The translations under genes and the position numbers were made by a program. A stretch of DNA of 64,000 nt from Minisyncoccota bacterium. Its GTDB lineage: Bacteria > Patescibacteriota > Minisyncoccia > Phycocordibacterales > UBA2100. Shown piece by piece: positions 19,320 to 28,765 of the stretch; position 1 is the first letter of the stretch, and each line of letters starts with the position of its first letter. The notes below the pieces were generated by a model that had not been told where the DNA came from, did not search any database, and saw only the letters and a list, made by a program, of their open reading frames with translations. The stretch lies in assembly GCA_035559235.1 (NCBI GenBank), contig DATMBM010000016.1:28431-92430 (forward strand), in the 5' to 3' direction.

Positions 19320-19409
19320 GTGAGACGGGGTTGGGGCCCCGTCGCAAGATCGGAGCGCGTCGGCGCGAGGCGAGGTCGCGCACATTTTCAGCAGAAAATG
19401 ATGCGTGAC
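19320..19409. repeat. 90-bp structured dispersed repeat, copy A (intergenic)
   Basis: 79/90 identical to 23057-23146; hairpin GTCGCGCA-CATTTTC-AGCA-GAAAATG-A-TGCGTGAC. Confidence 0.9.
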
Positions 19410-19411
19410 GA

Positions 19412-20725
19412 CTAACAGATGTATGAAGCGATGTCGGCTATTGGCACGCGTTCCTGCTCGCCCGAATCACGATCGCGCACGGTGACAATGTCTTTTTTGT
19501 CGTCACCGCCTTCACCGAGCGTGTCAAAATCAATGGTGATGCAGAACGGCGTCCCGATTTCGTCTTGCCGGCGATAGCGCTTCCCGATATTGCCGTTGTC
19601 GTCCCACATGATCTGCGGGATGTCTTTCTTGAGCATCTCGTAGACCTCGCGCGCTTTCGCGACCAAGTCCGGCTTGTTCTTAAGGAGCGGAAACACGGCG
19701 GCTTTTACCGGCGCAATCTCTTTCGGGAATGCGAGGTAGGTACGCGCCTCGCCGCCCATTTCATCCTCCTTGTACGCCGAGGCGAGAACCGCGAGGATAG
19801 TACGATCGACGCCAAACGACGGTTCGATGACGTGCGGCACGTATTTCTCGCCGCTTTCTTCATCCATAATCGACAGATCGACACCGGACATCCCCGCATG
19901 CGCCGTCAGGTCGAAATCAGTGCGGTACGCGAGGCCGTACAACTCTTTAACGCCAAAGGGATAGTCGAACTCAAAATCGATCGTTCGCTTGGAATAATGT
20001 GCGCGCTCGGTATCAGGTACTTCCAGCTCCGTTACCCTTTTGCCGTCGATGCCGACGCGCTCGATCCATGCATGCATGGCGTTGCGGAATTCCTCGAATT
20101 TCGCTTCCCAATCGCGCGGGTGCACGAAGTATTCGATTTCCATCTGCTCGAATTCACGCGAGCGGAAGACGAAATCGCGCGGTGCGATCTCGTTGCGGAA
20201 GGCTTTGCCGATTTGTCCGAGCCCAAACGGCATTTTCGGGTGTAGTGAATCGACAACGTTTTTGAAATTAACGAACATTCCTCCGGCCGTCTCCGGACGC
20301 AGATACGAAATTGATGATGCGTCTTCTGTCGCGCCGATGTGCGTCTTGAACATCATATTAAATTGCCGTGCCTCGCCGAGTTTTCCGCCGCATTCGGGGC
20401 ATGTTGTTTTGTCCTCCAGGTGATCTTCGCGAAATCGTCTCTTGCACTTTGTGCATTCCACCAACGGATCGGAAAAACCGCTCACGTGGCCCGAGGCCTC
20501 CCACACCTTCGGATGCATCAGGATGGCGGCGTCCATGCCGTACATATCATCGCGCTCCTGCACGAACATTCGCCACCAGAGGTTCTTGATGTTGTTCTTC
20601 AATTCGACGCCCATCGGGCCGTAGTCCCACGTGCCGGCGAGGCCGCCGTAAATTTCCGAGCCCTGGTAGATAAAACCGCGCCGCTTGGCGAGAGAGACAA
20701 TCTTTTCCATCGTTGCCTCGGACAT
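19412..20725 (-). CDS. glyQS: Glycine--tRNA ligase (alpha2 type)
   Basis: KRRGFIYQGSEIYGG, YLRPETAGG, FRNEIAPR, IEPSFG, IGKRYRRQDEIGTP. Confidence 0.97.
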   Translation of the reverse strand: MSEATMEKIVSLAKRRGFIYQGSEIYGGLAGTWDYGPMGVELKNNIKNLWWRMFVQERDDMYGMDAAILMHPKVWEASGHVSGFSDPLVECTKCKRRFREDHLEDKTTCPECGGKLGEARQFNMMFKTHIGATEDASSISYLRPETAGGMFVNFKNVVDSLHPKMPFGLGQIGKAFRNEIAPRDFVFRSREFEQMEIEYFVHPRDWEAKFEEFRNAMHAWIERVGIDGKRVTELEVPDTERAHYSKRTIDFEFDYPFGVKELYGLAYRTDFDLTAHAGMSGVDLSIMDEESGEKYVPHVIEPSFGVDRTILAVLASAYKEDEMGGEARTYLAFPKEIAPVKAAVFPLLKNKPDLVAKAREVYEMLKKDIPQIMWDDNGNIGKRYRRQDEIGTPFCITIDFDTLGEGGDDKKDIVTVRDRDSGEQERVPIADIASYIC

Positions 20726-20791
20726 TCCGTGAGTGTACCTCAAAAGCGAAAATGACAAAATGTCCTTGTATTTCCAATCGTAAGAGCGAGC

Positions 20792-20883
20792 GCAGGTGTT
20801 TTTCAGGGTCTTCGCAGCGCCGACGGGCGCGAGACCGAGCGCTGGCGCAGCAGCGCCAGATGGCGACCCTGAAAAACACCTGC
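20792..20883. mobile_element. MITE/REP-like 92-bp element with 19-bp perfect terminal inverted repeats
   Basis: GCAGGTGTTTTTCAGGGTC ... GACCCTGAAAAACACCTGC; inner hairpin CTGGCGC-AGCA-GCGCCAG; GAGCGA near both flanks. Confidence 0.55.
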
Positions 20884-20890
20884 CGAGCGA

Positions 20891-22924
20891 CTATTTCACA
20901 ACTGTCGCGTTTGCGGGCGTGAATCCTGGATCGGTGTTGATGTTCGTCGTGACGTCGGTGGCGCTGCGCGAGACCGTCTCCCCCGTCGCTTCGTCGATGC
21001 CGGTAAGCTGAATTGCGCGAATGAGGACCGGCTGCTGGCCAATTTGCGATGTGGAGGGCGTGATCGCGATATTGATGCCGAGCTGGCGCACCTGTATGCC
21101 CTCGGTCCCGGTGCCCGGCTCAATCGTCCCCAACCGCCACGTGAATGTGCCGTCGTTTTGGTTGAACGAGATGTCCGCGCTTGCGGGCGCAAAGATACCG
21201 GTCCAACGCACGTACGGCGGCAAAGCCGCCTTCACGACGGCATTCGTGATGCGGTTCGTGGTGTTGGTGACGCTCAGAACGATGCCGTAGGTCGTTTCTT
21301 CGCCGGCTTTCGGAGGGATAGGGCCGCTTGAGGAGAGTGGGTTCGAATAGTAGAGGCCCTGCGCAATGAGCTGCAGGTCGCTTGCGACACGGATCGTCTG
21401 CGAAGCGGTGGACTGCAGGGTCTCGGGCACATCGCGCTCCGCGATGCGCCGCCCGGCCGCCTGGACGCTTATCGTGACTTTCGGATCGCGCAGGCCGCGC
21501 AGTTCGTCGTTTGACGGCACTGAGAATGAAAAACTGACGGTCCCGCGCGCGCCCGGTGCGAGCGATGCGAGGGAACCATTCGTCGTCGACTTGTCCCACA
21601 AGACGACACGGTCGCTCGAGCGATAGAAGCCGTCGTTCGTGCGCACCGTCGTGCCGTCGATTTCAATGCCGCTCAACTGCGCAACGATGACCGCGTCGAT
21701 AATCGGCGTCGAGAGGTTGTTCTGCCACTGCACTGCGACGTTCACCGTCTCTCCCGGACCTGCAATCGCGCCGCTCGCCCCCTGGTCCTTGTTCACGTCG
21801 ATGGTGAGGCCGAGGAATGGATTCGAGACGGTGACGTGATGCGCGTAATCGGCAAGAACGGCATCAATTGCCGTTTTTTCCTCCGAGGTGCGCGTGCCGG
21901 CCGTAAAGCGAATGACGCGCTCATCTCCGCTTTCGCCCAGGACGCTGCCGCGCACCAAGACGCTCTTCTGCTGCCCCGGCGCAAGGTCGCCGAGCGCCCA
22001 CAAGTTCCGCGATCCCGCAACGGGCTGCGGGTCGGCGTGTGAAAGCGTAAAGCCGAACGGGAAATTGATATTGAGGAGCACATCCTTTACCGGCGCCTCC
22101 GCATTCGACGCGACAGTCGCCGTAAATTCAACCGGCTGCCCTGAAATTGTTTCGCTATTGCCTTCAATGGAGAGCGAGATCGGTGACGAGGAGAACATGA
22201 TCTGGTAGTCGGTCGAGGAGACGAAAATGGCGCTCGAGCCCGCAAGGCGATATTCGAGTTCAACCTTGACGGTCGCGCGCTCGCCTTCCTGCCCGGCAAA
22301 AACCGCCGAAATCGTGCCGCGCCGCTGTCCACCCGGCTCAATCGTGCCGAGCGATTCGCGCAAGTCGGGCAAGCTCGTCGTAAGATCATTGACCGAACGC
22401 GTACCCTTCGGAAATGTGACGACCAGGTCGGCAAGTTCAAGCGGCACGCGGTTGCGGTTTACGATTGCGATCTGCAATTTCGTGGGCGTGCCGCTTTGCA
22501 CCTGCAGCGGCCCTGAGACGACGATGTCGATATTGCCGGGAGAGGCGGGAACGCTCCCGCCGCCGAGAAAAAAGTAATACGCCAGAAAACCTCCCGCCCC
22601 CACTCCGAAGGCAACCCCGGCATAGATGAGCCACTGCACGAGCACGCGCATCACGTGCAACTTCTTTGGTGCGGCAATCGTGCCGGTAAACGGGCTGTCG
22701 TCGGGGTGCTGCCAGTCCTCGCCGATTGGCGGCGTCCCAGCCTCAAGTTCATGGCGCGGCTTCTCCTTGATGTTCGGTTCCAGCGCGCGGCTGTACATCG
22801 CGCGCCGCAGACGTTCTATCTTTTCCTTCTCATGGTCGCTCTCCACCTGCCCGTCTCGACTCGCGTCACGTGATGCGGGCGGCTCGACGCCCTCAAAAGG
22901 AACATGAGGTTTTTCCTCAGGCAT
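20891..22924 (-). CDS. Membrane-anchored multi-Ig (DUF11-like) extracellular protein (677 aa)
   Basis: One TM at about aa 95-120, then repeated beta-sandwich units (WALGDLAPGQQ, LASLAPGARG, WRLGTIEPG). Confidence 0.82.
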   Translation of the reverse strand: MPEEKPHVPFEGVEPPASRDASRDGQVESDHEKEKIERLRRAMYSRALEPNIKEKPRHELEAGTPPIGEDWQHPDDSPFTGTIAAPKKLHVMRVLVQWLIYAGVAFGVGAGGFLAYYFFLGGGSVPASPGNIDIVVSGPLQVQSGTPTKLQIAIVNRNRVPLELADLVVTFPKGTRSVNDLTTSLPDLRESLGTIEPGGQRRGTISAVFAGQEGERATVKVELEYRLAGSSAIFVSSTDYQIMFSSSPISLSIEGNSETISGQPVEFTATVASNAEAPVKDVLLNINFPFGFTLSHADPQPVAGSRNLWALGDLAPGQQKSVLVRGSVLGESGDERVIRFTAGTRTSEEKTAIDAVLADYAHHVTVSNPFLGLTIDVNKDQGASGAIAGPGETVNVAVQWQNNLSTPIIDAVIVAQLSGIEIDGTTVRTNDGFYRSSDRVVLWDKSTTNGSLASLAPGARGTVSFSFSVPSNDELRGLRDPKVTISVQAAGRRIAERDVPETLQSTASQTIRVASDLQLIAQGLYYSNPLSSSGPIPPKAGEETTYGIVLSVTNTTNRITNAVVKAALPPYVRWTGIFAPASADISFNQNDGTFTWRLGTIEPGTGTEGIQVRQLGINIAITPSTSQIGQQPVLIRAIQLTGIDEATGETVSRSATDVTTNINTDPGFTPANATVVK

Positions 22925-22949
22925 TCGCGCATTTTACCACAGCCGTGAA

Positions 22950-23609
22950 CTAGAGATGCGTCTCTGAAATGGCCTTATTCACCGATGAAAGCAATTTTTG
23001 TCGGCCCGCCTCGACTTCTGAGAGTTCCGGCAGCCCGTATGCCGCGTGCGTGAAGAGTGAGGTGGGGTTGGGTCCCCGACGCAAGGCCGGAGCGCGACGG
23101 TGCGAGGCGGGGTCGCGCACATCTTCAGCAGAAGATGATGCGTGACCGTTGCCGAGCGCGTCTGCCGAAAGATAACCCAGCGCGTAAAGGATGCGCGCGA
23201 CGCAAAGCAGTTCGATCGTCGCCTGCGTCTCGCGCGGCGCTTCGAGAAGCGTGCGCCGTGCCTCAACAAGCGCCCGATATAGATATTCGTTTTTCTCCTC
23301 GCCCGCGATCAGGCGGTCCGCCAAATTCGCAATGCGCGCGAACACGGCCGCTGCCGCTTCCGGCATACTTGTTTCCGAAAGCGCCATCGCACCGACGACG
23401 CGCCAGCCGCTCACCCCGCGCACCAGCGCGACATTTGCTTGCGCGTAATTCTGGAGGGCATAGCGCATGCGTGACGATTCACGCCGCACCGCAGAGGCAC
23501 GCGCCCACACCAAGCCGAACGCTTCCGTGTAGAGCGCGAAAACGCGGTCGGCCTCTCCCCGCTCGTAACTGCGCAAGACAAGGGCTTCTGTTTGGTATTT
23601 CTGGTACAT
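22950..23609 (-). CDS. recO: DNA repair protein RecO (short CPR type) with an in-frame 30-codon repeat insertion
   Basis: N-terminal OB fold TEALVLRSYERGEADRVFALYTEAFGLVWARASAVR; insert encodes GHASSSAEDVRDPASHRRAPALRRGPNPTS. Confidence 0.88.
   Translation of the reverse strand: MYQKYQTEALVLRSYERGEADRVFALYTEAFGLVWARASAVRRESSRMRYALQNYAQANVALVRGVSGWRVVGAMALSETSMPEAAAAVFARIANLADRLIAGEEKNEYLYRALVEARRTLLEAPRETQATIELLCVARILYALGYLSADALGNGHASSSAEDVRDPASHRRAPALRRGPNPTSLFTHAAYGLPELSEVEAGRQKLLSSVNKAISETHL
23057..23146. repeat. 90-bp structured dispersed repeat, copy B (inside recO, frame-preserving)
   Basis: 79/90 identity to copy A; compensatory stem CATCTTC-AGCA-GAAGATG. Confidence 0.9.
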
Positions 23610-23611
23610 GG

Positions 23612-26600
23612 TTATTCGCGCGCGAGCTTCAATGCGACGTCGTAGTCGCCGATTTTCTGGCGCGTACCATGCACTGTACCAAAACCGATGGTCGCATGCG
23701 TCGTCTCGGCGATCGTGGTCTTGTTCCGCTCGATCAGTTCTTGTCCCTTCGGCGCATCAATCGTGAGCGTTACCGTATCGCGCGGATCGAGCCCCGCGTC
23801 CTTGCGAGCGCCCTGTATCGCGCGGATCAGCTCGCGTACGAAACCCTCTTCTTTCAGCTCTGCGGTGATTTCAGTATCCAATTGAATGTCTTCTGCGATA
23901 TCAGCCTGCTCGACTCCTTTTACATTCACCTCATCGCGAATGACTTCAAGCAGTTCGTCGGAGAGCCCCGCATGCTTGATGACGAGTTTTTTGAGCGGTT
24001 GGCGCACTTTGATGCCCGCCTTGTCGCGCGCCTCGAGCGCTTTTGAGACGATCGCGCGGACTTTCGCCATGTCCTCGAGGATTAGGTCTTGCTTGTGACC
24101 GCCAAAAAGTCTCGAGAAAAAACCAGTGCTGTGCGGCTCCGGCCACGACTCAAGGTGCACGCTTCCACCGCCTTCAATGCCGCGGTAGATGGAATCTGCG
24201 AGAAAAGGAGCAATCGGCGCCATAAGCTTCGCGAGCGTAAGCAGGACTTCCCGCTGCGTCGCAAGTGAATGGTGCTTGTCGTGCCATTCTCCCTTGACGC
24301 GCTCGCGCGAGCGACGCACGTACCACGTCGAATAATCGTCAACAAATTCACGGAGCGCGCGGCACGCACGCGGCGTGTCGTAGGCGTCCATCGCCTCGGT
24401 CACGTCCGCCGTCACTTCGTCGAGCCGCGCGAAGATCCACCGGTCAAGGACATGTTCGCTCGCGCGCGGCTTTGTGATGCCATCGTACTCCCGCTGGTAC
24501 AAATCAAAGAATTTGAACGTATTCCACAAAATGCCGATCACGCGATTGTGCGCGTCGCGCACGTCCTCGTCGCGGAACCGCAAATCTTCCGCCTGCATCA
24601 CTGGAGACGACATCAGATACAGGCGCAGTGCGTCGGAGCCGTAGCGGTCGACCAATTCCAAAGGGTCGGTGTAATTGCGCTTGGATTTCGAGATCTTCTC
24701 GCCATCCGCCGCAAGAATGGTGCCGGTTGAGACGACGGTGTGGAATGCAAGACGGTTGAACAGCAGGACTCCCATCGCGTGCATGTAGTAAAACCACGTG
24801 CGAGTCTGCGCAATGTATTCAGCAATGAAATCCCCGGGCGCGCGCTTTTCGAATTCGTCTTGGTTTTCAAACGGATAGTGGTATTCCGCGAAGGGCATCG
24901 AGCCGCTCTCCACCCAGCAGTCGACGACTTCCGGAATGCGGCGATATTCCTCACCGTCATCGCCAATAAGGACTAAATCGTCAATGTACGGCCGGTGCAG
25001 GTCGAGTTCGAATTCGGCATTCCACGGCATCGGGGCGAAATCGAATGCTTCCACCTTCCCCTTCTCCGGATACTCTGCGCTTCTCCGCATAACAGTTTCC
25101 TCCTTTGATAGGCCGCGCGCAGCTGATTTCAAAAGCCACAATGGCGTTCCGTGCGAGACGATCAAGATGTGTTCACCGTGGTGCGTTGCTTCCAGCTCAT
25201 GCATGAAGGCCATCATCCGCTTCTTGATGTCGGTGTAGGTTTCTCCGCCTTTTGGCGCTTTCGTAAAGCGATCCATCTTGTCCGGAAACGCCGCATGATA
25301 CTCCTCGAGTGTTTTGCCGCTGTATTCGCCGAACTGCGACTCGCCGATTCTCCCATCGACGACGACGCGGTCGTGCGGAATGCCGAGCGCTTCGGCAATG
25401 ATCTGAGCCGTCTCGCGCGTCCGCTTGAACGGTGACGCATATACGTATCCGATGTTCTTCTCGCGCAACTTTTCAGCCGCTTCGCGCACCTCTGCCTTGC
25501 CTTCTTCGGTAAGATGGATGTCCGCATCGACATCAGACGACACGATATCTTGCACATTGTTGTCGGCGCGTCCGTGGCGCATCACGAAATAGGTATTGCC
25601 GCTCTTTTTGACGCGCTGCCGTATCTCCTCAACCGATCCCACCACCATCACCTTTCCCTCTTTCGATTTCCAGATTGGCAAAGGCGAGGCCCAGAACCGA
25701 TTGCGCGAAATCGTCCAGTCCGGCGCATTCTCGACGATGTTGTAGAAACGGCCGTGCTTCAGATGGTCTGGCACCCAATTCACCTTCTCATTTTCGGAGA
25801 GCATCTTCGCTTTCACCTTCTGGATATTGATGAACCACGACGAGACGGCGTTGTAGATAAGGGGTGTGCCGCAGCGGTAGCAGTGCGGGTAGGAGTGCGT
25901 GTGATTTTCTCGTTTAAACAGGAGGCCGCGCTCCTGCAAATCGCGCTTGATGTCTTTCTCAGCGTCTTTTATGTATTTTCCGCGGATAAATTCCGGTACC
26001 TGATCGTTGTACGTGCCGTTCGGGTTCAGGAGCTGCACCATCGGAAGCCCTTCTTTTTGTCCGAGCACAAAGTCATCCTCGCCATACATCACCGCCGTGT
26101 GCACAATGCCGGTTCCCTCGTCGGTCGAGACGAATTCGGCCGCGTACACTTTGTATGACTTTTCTAATTTCAGCGCTGGCACCTCAAAGAGTGGCTCGTA
26201 TTCAAGACCAATCAGATTTTTGCCCGAAAATTCGTATCCTGAATTAGGATCACTGAGACCGAGCGCTGGCATCCGCTCTTTTGCGACCAAATAATATCTT
26301 CCCGGTTCGTATTGAACAGCACGATAACTTATGTCTGCACCCACAGCTAATGCCACGTTTCCAGGCAAGGTCCACGGAGTTGTTGTCCACGCGAGGAGAT
26401 GTACGTCCTGCCCAATACCGAGTTCAAATAATTTTGGAGTGGGTCTGACCTTGAACTTCACCGTCACCGCTTCCTCGGTGATATCTTCGTATGTATTGTC
26501 CTGAGCGATTTCCGCTTTCGCAAGCGGCGTCTCGCAATGCGGGCAATACATGAGGACTTTGCGCCCCTCGTAGAGCAAATCTTTCTCCCACAATTGCTTG

Positions 26601-27085
26601 AGTGCCCACCAGACAGACTCGATGTACGTGTTGTCCATCGTCTTGTACGAGTTGTCATAATCAACCCAGCGACCGATCCGATCGATATACTTTTTCCATT
26701 CGTCCACGTATTTCAAGACCATCGACCGCGCCTTCTCGTTGAAAGTCGCGATGCCGATGTCGAGGATATCTTTTTTTGTCTTAAGTCCTAGTTCTTTCTC
26801 GACGAGCGATTCGATCGGGAGTCCGTGCGTGTCCCATCCCCAACGACGTCGGACACGATAGCCGCGCATGGTCTTGTAGCGCGGAATGACGTCCTTAATT
26901 ATCGAAGATAATAAGGAGCCATGGTGAGGAAGCCCTGTCGCAAACGGCGGACCATCGTAAAAAACGAACTCTCCCTTTGGTGACTTCTTTTCTAGACTCC
27001 GTTCGAATGTCTTGTTTTCCCGCCAAAAAGCGAGTATGTCCTCCTCGCGCTTCGCCGTTTCGCTTTTGCCGCCCTGTTCAGCCAT
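23612..27085 (-). CDS. ileS: Isoleucine--tRNA ligase (type 2) with inserted histidine-phosphatase domain
   Basis: FYDGPPFATGLPH, GWDTHGLPIE, WTTTPWTLP, DWTISRNRFW, KISKS; insert with RHG...SHG; TACGAT-7nt-ATG start. Confidence 0.96.
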   Translation of the reverse strand: MAEQGGKSETAKREEDILAFWRENKTFERSLEKKSPKGEFVFYDGPPFATGLPHHGSLLSSIIKDVIPRYKTMRGYRVRRRWGWDTHGLPIESLVEKELGLKTKKDILDIGIATFNEKARSMVLKYVDEWKKYIDRIGRWVDYDNSYKTMDNTYIESVWWALKQLWEKDLLYEGRKVLMYCPHCETPLAKAEIAQDNTYEDITEEAVTVKFKVRPTPKLFELGIGQDVHLLAWTTTPWTLPGNVALAVGADISYRAVQYEPGRYYLVAKERMPALGLSDPNSGYEFSGKNLIGLEYEPLFEVPALKLEKSYKVYAAEFVSTDEGTGIVHTAVMYGEDDFVLGQKEGLPMVQLLNPNGTYNDQVPEFIRGKYIKDAEKDIKRDLQERGLLFKRENHTHSYPHCYRCGTPLIYNAVSSWFINIQKVKAKMLSENEKVNWVPDHLKHGRFYNIVENAPDWTISRNRFWASPLPIWKSKEGKVMVVGSVEEIRQRVKKSGNTYFVMRHGRADNNVQDIVSSDVDADIHLTEEGKAEVREAAEKLREKNIGYVYASPFKRTRETAQIIAEALGIPHDRVVVDGRIGESQFGEYSGKTLEEYHAAFPDKMDRFTKAPKGGETYTDIKKRMMAFMHELEATHHGEHILIVSHGTPLWLLKSAARGLSKEETVMRRSAEYPEKGKVEAFDFAPMPWNAEFELDLHRPYIDDLVLIGDDGEEYRRIPEVVDCWVESGSMPFAEYHYPFENQDEFEKRAPGDFIAEYIAQTRTWFYYMHAMGVLLFNRLAFHTVVSTGTILAADGEKISKSKRNYTDPLELVDRYGSDALRLYLMSSPVMQAEDLRFRDEDVRDAHNRVIGILWNTFKFFDLYQREYDGITKPRASEHVLDRWIFARLDEVTADVTEAMDAYDTPRACRALREFVDDYSTWYVRRSRERVKGEWHDKHHSLATQREVLLTLAKLMAPIAPFLADSIYRGIEGGGSVHLESWPEPHSTGFFSRLFGGHKQDLILEDMAKVRAIVSKALEARDKAGIKVRQPLKKLVIKHAGLSDELLEVIRDEVNVKGVEQADIAEDIQLDTEITAELKEEGFVRELIRAIQGARKDAGLDPRDTVTLTIDAPKGQELIERNKTTIAETTHATIGFGTVHGTRQKIGDYDVALKLARE

Positions 27086-27108
27086 GTCGCGTATCGTAGC
27101 AAAGGGCG

Positions 27109-28128
27109 TCACTCTGCGCGAGACGTCTTCAGCCGTTTCTCCTTTTCGTGCCGCTCGATGGCGAGCCGGATGAGTGTGTCGATGAGTTTTGGGTAGGGCA
27201 TCCCCCACTCCTCCCACATCTTCGGATACATACTAATCGAGGTGAAGCCGGGGATGGTGTTGATTTCATTGACGAGCACTTTACCGAGCTTGGTGACGAA
27301 GAAATCAACTCGAGCCATCCCCTCGCAGCAGAGCGTCTTAAACACGAGCACGGCCATCCTTTGAATTTCCTTTACCCTTTTCTTCGGCAAATGTGCCGGA
27401 ATTTGAGGGATCATCGCCTCCGGGTCGAGGTATTTTGCCTCGTACGAATAAAACTCGCTGTTGAGTACCAATTCCCCCGGCACCGACGCAACCGGCCTCT
27501 CATTGCCAAGAACCGAACATTCGATCTCGCGGCCGTCGACAAACTCCTCGACGAGGATTTTCGTATCGTATTCGAATGCATGCCTCAGCGCCGCATTAAA
27601 TTCTTTTTCATTCCGTACTTTCGAGACACCGACCGACGAGCCGAGATTCGCAGGTTTTACGAACATCGGCAATCCTAATTTCTTCTTCGCGTCGGCAAAA
27701 CGAATCTTTTCGTGCGAATGAACAACGGCAAATCTCGCAATCGGAATTCCCGCATCGCGCAGAAGCCGCTTCATTACATCCTTGTCCATCCCGACTGCAG
27801 AACCAAGAACCCCTGCGCCTACAAACGGTACGTCCGCCAATTTCAAAAGCCCCTGCACCGTGCCGTCTTCGCCAAATGGTCCATGCAAGACTGGGAAGAC
27901 CACATCGAAGGTGTGCAAAAATCCAAAAATATCTTCGACACGCCTACCTGTTTCCAATAGTGATTCTTTCGCATACTTCCACACGCCCTTTGTATCAATG
28001 CACACCGTTCCAATGTCGTATTTCCTCCGATCGAGCGCCCTCACGACATTCCGTGCAGAAAGAATCGAAACTTCGTGCTCCGCCGACTTTCCGCCAAACA
28101 GTACCGCAATCCGTAGTTTCCGCTTCAT
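27109..28128 (-). CDS. ddl: D-alanine--D-alanine ligase
   Basis: GGKSAEHEVS, LHGPFGEDG, GSSVG, NEINTIPGFT. Confidence 0.97.
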   Translation of the reverse strand: MKRKLRIAVLFGGKSAEHEVSILSARNVVRALDRRKYDIGTVCIDTKGVWKYAKESLLETGRRVEDIFGFLHTFDVVFPVLHGPFGEDGTVQGLLKLADVPFVGAGVLGSAVGMDKDVMKRLLRDAGIPIARFAVVHSHEKIRFADAKKKLGLPMFVKPANLGSSVGVSKVRNEKEFNAALRHAFEYDTKILVEEFVDGREIECSVLGNERPVASVPGELVLNSEFYSYEAKYLDPEAMIPQIPAHLPKKRVKEIQRMAVLVFKTLCCEGMARVDFFVTKLGKVLVNEINTIPGFTSISMYPKMWEEWGMPYPKLIDTLIRLAIERHEKEKRLKTSRAE

Positions 28129-28153
28129 TTTCTGACTATATCAGTTCCAAAAC

Positions 28154-28765
28154 TTACACCAAACGCTCACCAAGCCGGTCAAGCGGTTCATGGAAATCCT
28201 TGATAACCTTCCCATTTCGGACAACGCTCCAGTCGCCAAAATTGTTACGCTTCAAGCGACTGTACACATCCTGTTCTCCCTGCAGCTCCGCAATGTACAT
28301 GTTCATCGTATATCCGTGACCGACAAACAAAATCTTCCTATTGTGATTTTCGGCATCGACAATCCCCACCTTTGTGGTGAACCGCTCTCGAGCGCTGGCC
28401 GCTGATTCCCACTTTCCGTCGTTGGCCTTAACCTCAGGATGCGTCAAGGCTTCTTTCGCAGTCGCTTCGTAAGTGTCGTGATCCATGAAATCGCCTTTGT
28501 CCCTATCCATTTCCGCGATTTCGCTGGAATACATGACTTCGAATTTTCTATTGGCTTCGCGCAATGTATCCAAAAGCGGCGCAATCGTTTGTTGCGCCTT
28601 CTTCTCAGTTGAAATGATGAAGATATCAACGTCGTGGAAAAATGTATTCTGCGCTATATCCTGCGCCTGCCGTGCGCCTTCCGTAGTCAAATCCCATTCG
28701 CTGATCGGCGTATCTTTATCAACTTTTGTTTCCCCATGCCGCAGGAAAATCAATGTGTTGTTCAT
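28154..28765 (-). CDS. Histidine phosphatase family protein
   Basis: LIFLRHGETK and ILFVGHG motifs; start overlaps the argS stop. Confidence 0.88.
   Translation of the reverse strand: MNNTLIFLRHGETKVDKDTPISEWDLTTEGARQAQDIAQNTFFHDVDIFIISTEKKAQQTIAPLLDTLREANRKFEVMYSSEIAEMDRDKGDFMDHDTYEATAKEALTHPEVKANDGKWESAASARERFTTKVGIVDAENHNRKILFVGHGYTMNMYIAELQGEQDVYSRLKRNNFGDWSVVRNGKVIKDFHEPLDRLGERLV

Noticed and set aside
23057-24046. 329-aa plus-strand ORF starting in the repeat
   Set aside because: Arg/Pro-rich and antisense to recO and ileS, with no transposase motifs; not the element's mobiliser
27109-28128. Possible D-Ala-D-Lac (vancomycin-resistance) ligase
   Set aside because: The omega loop FYSYEAKY has the Tyr typical of D-Ala-D-Ala ligases, and no van genes are nearby
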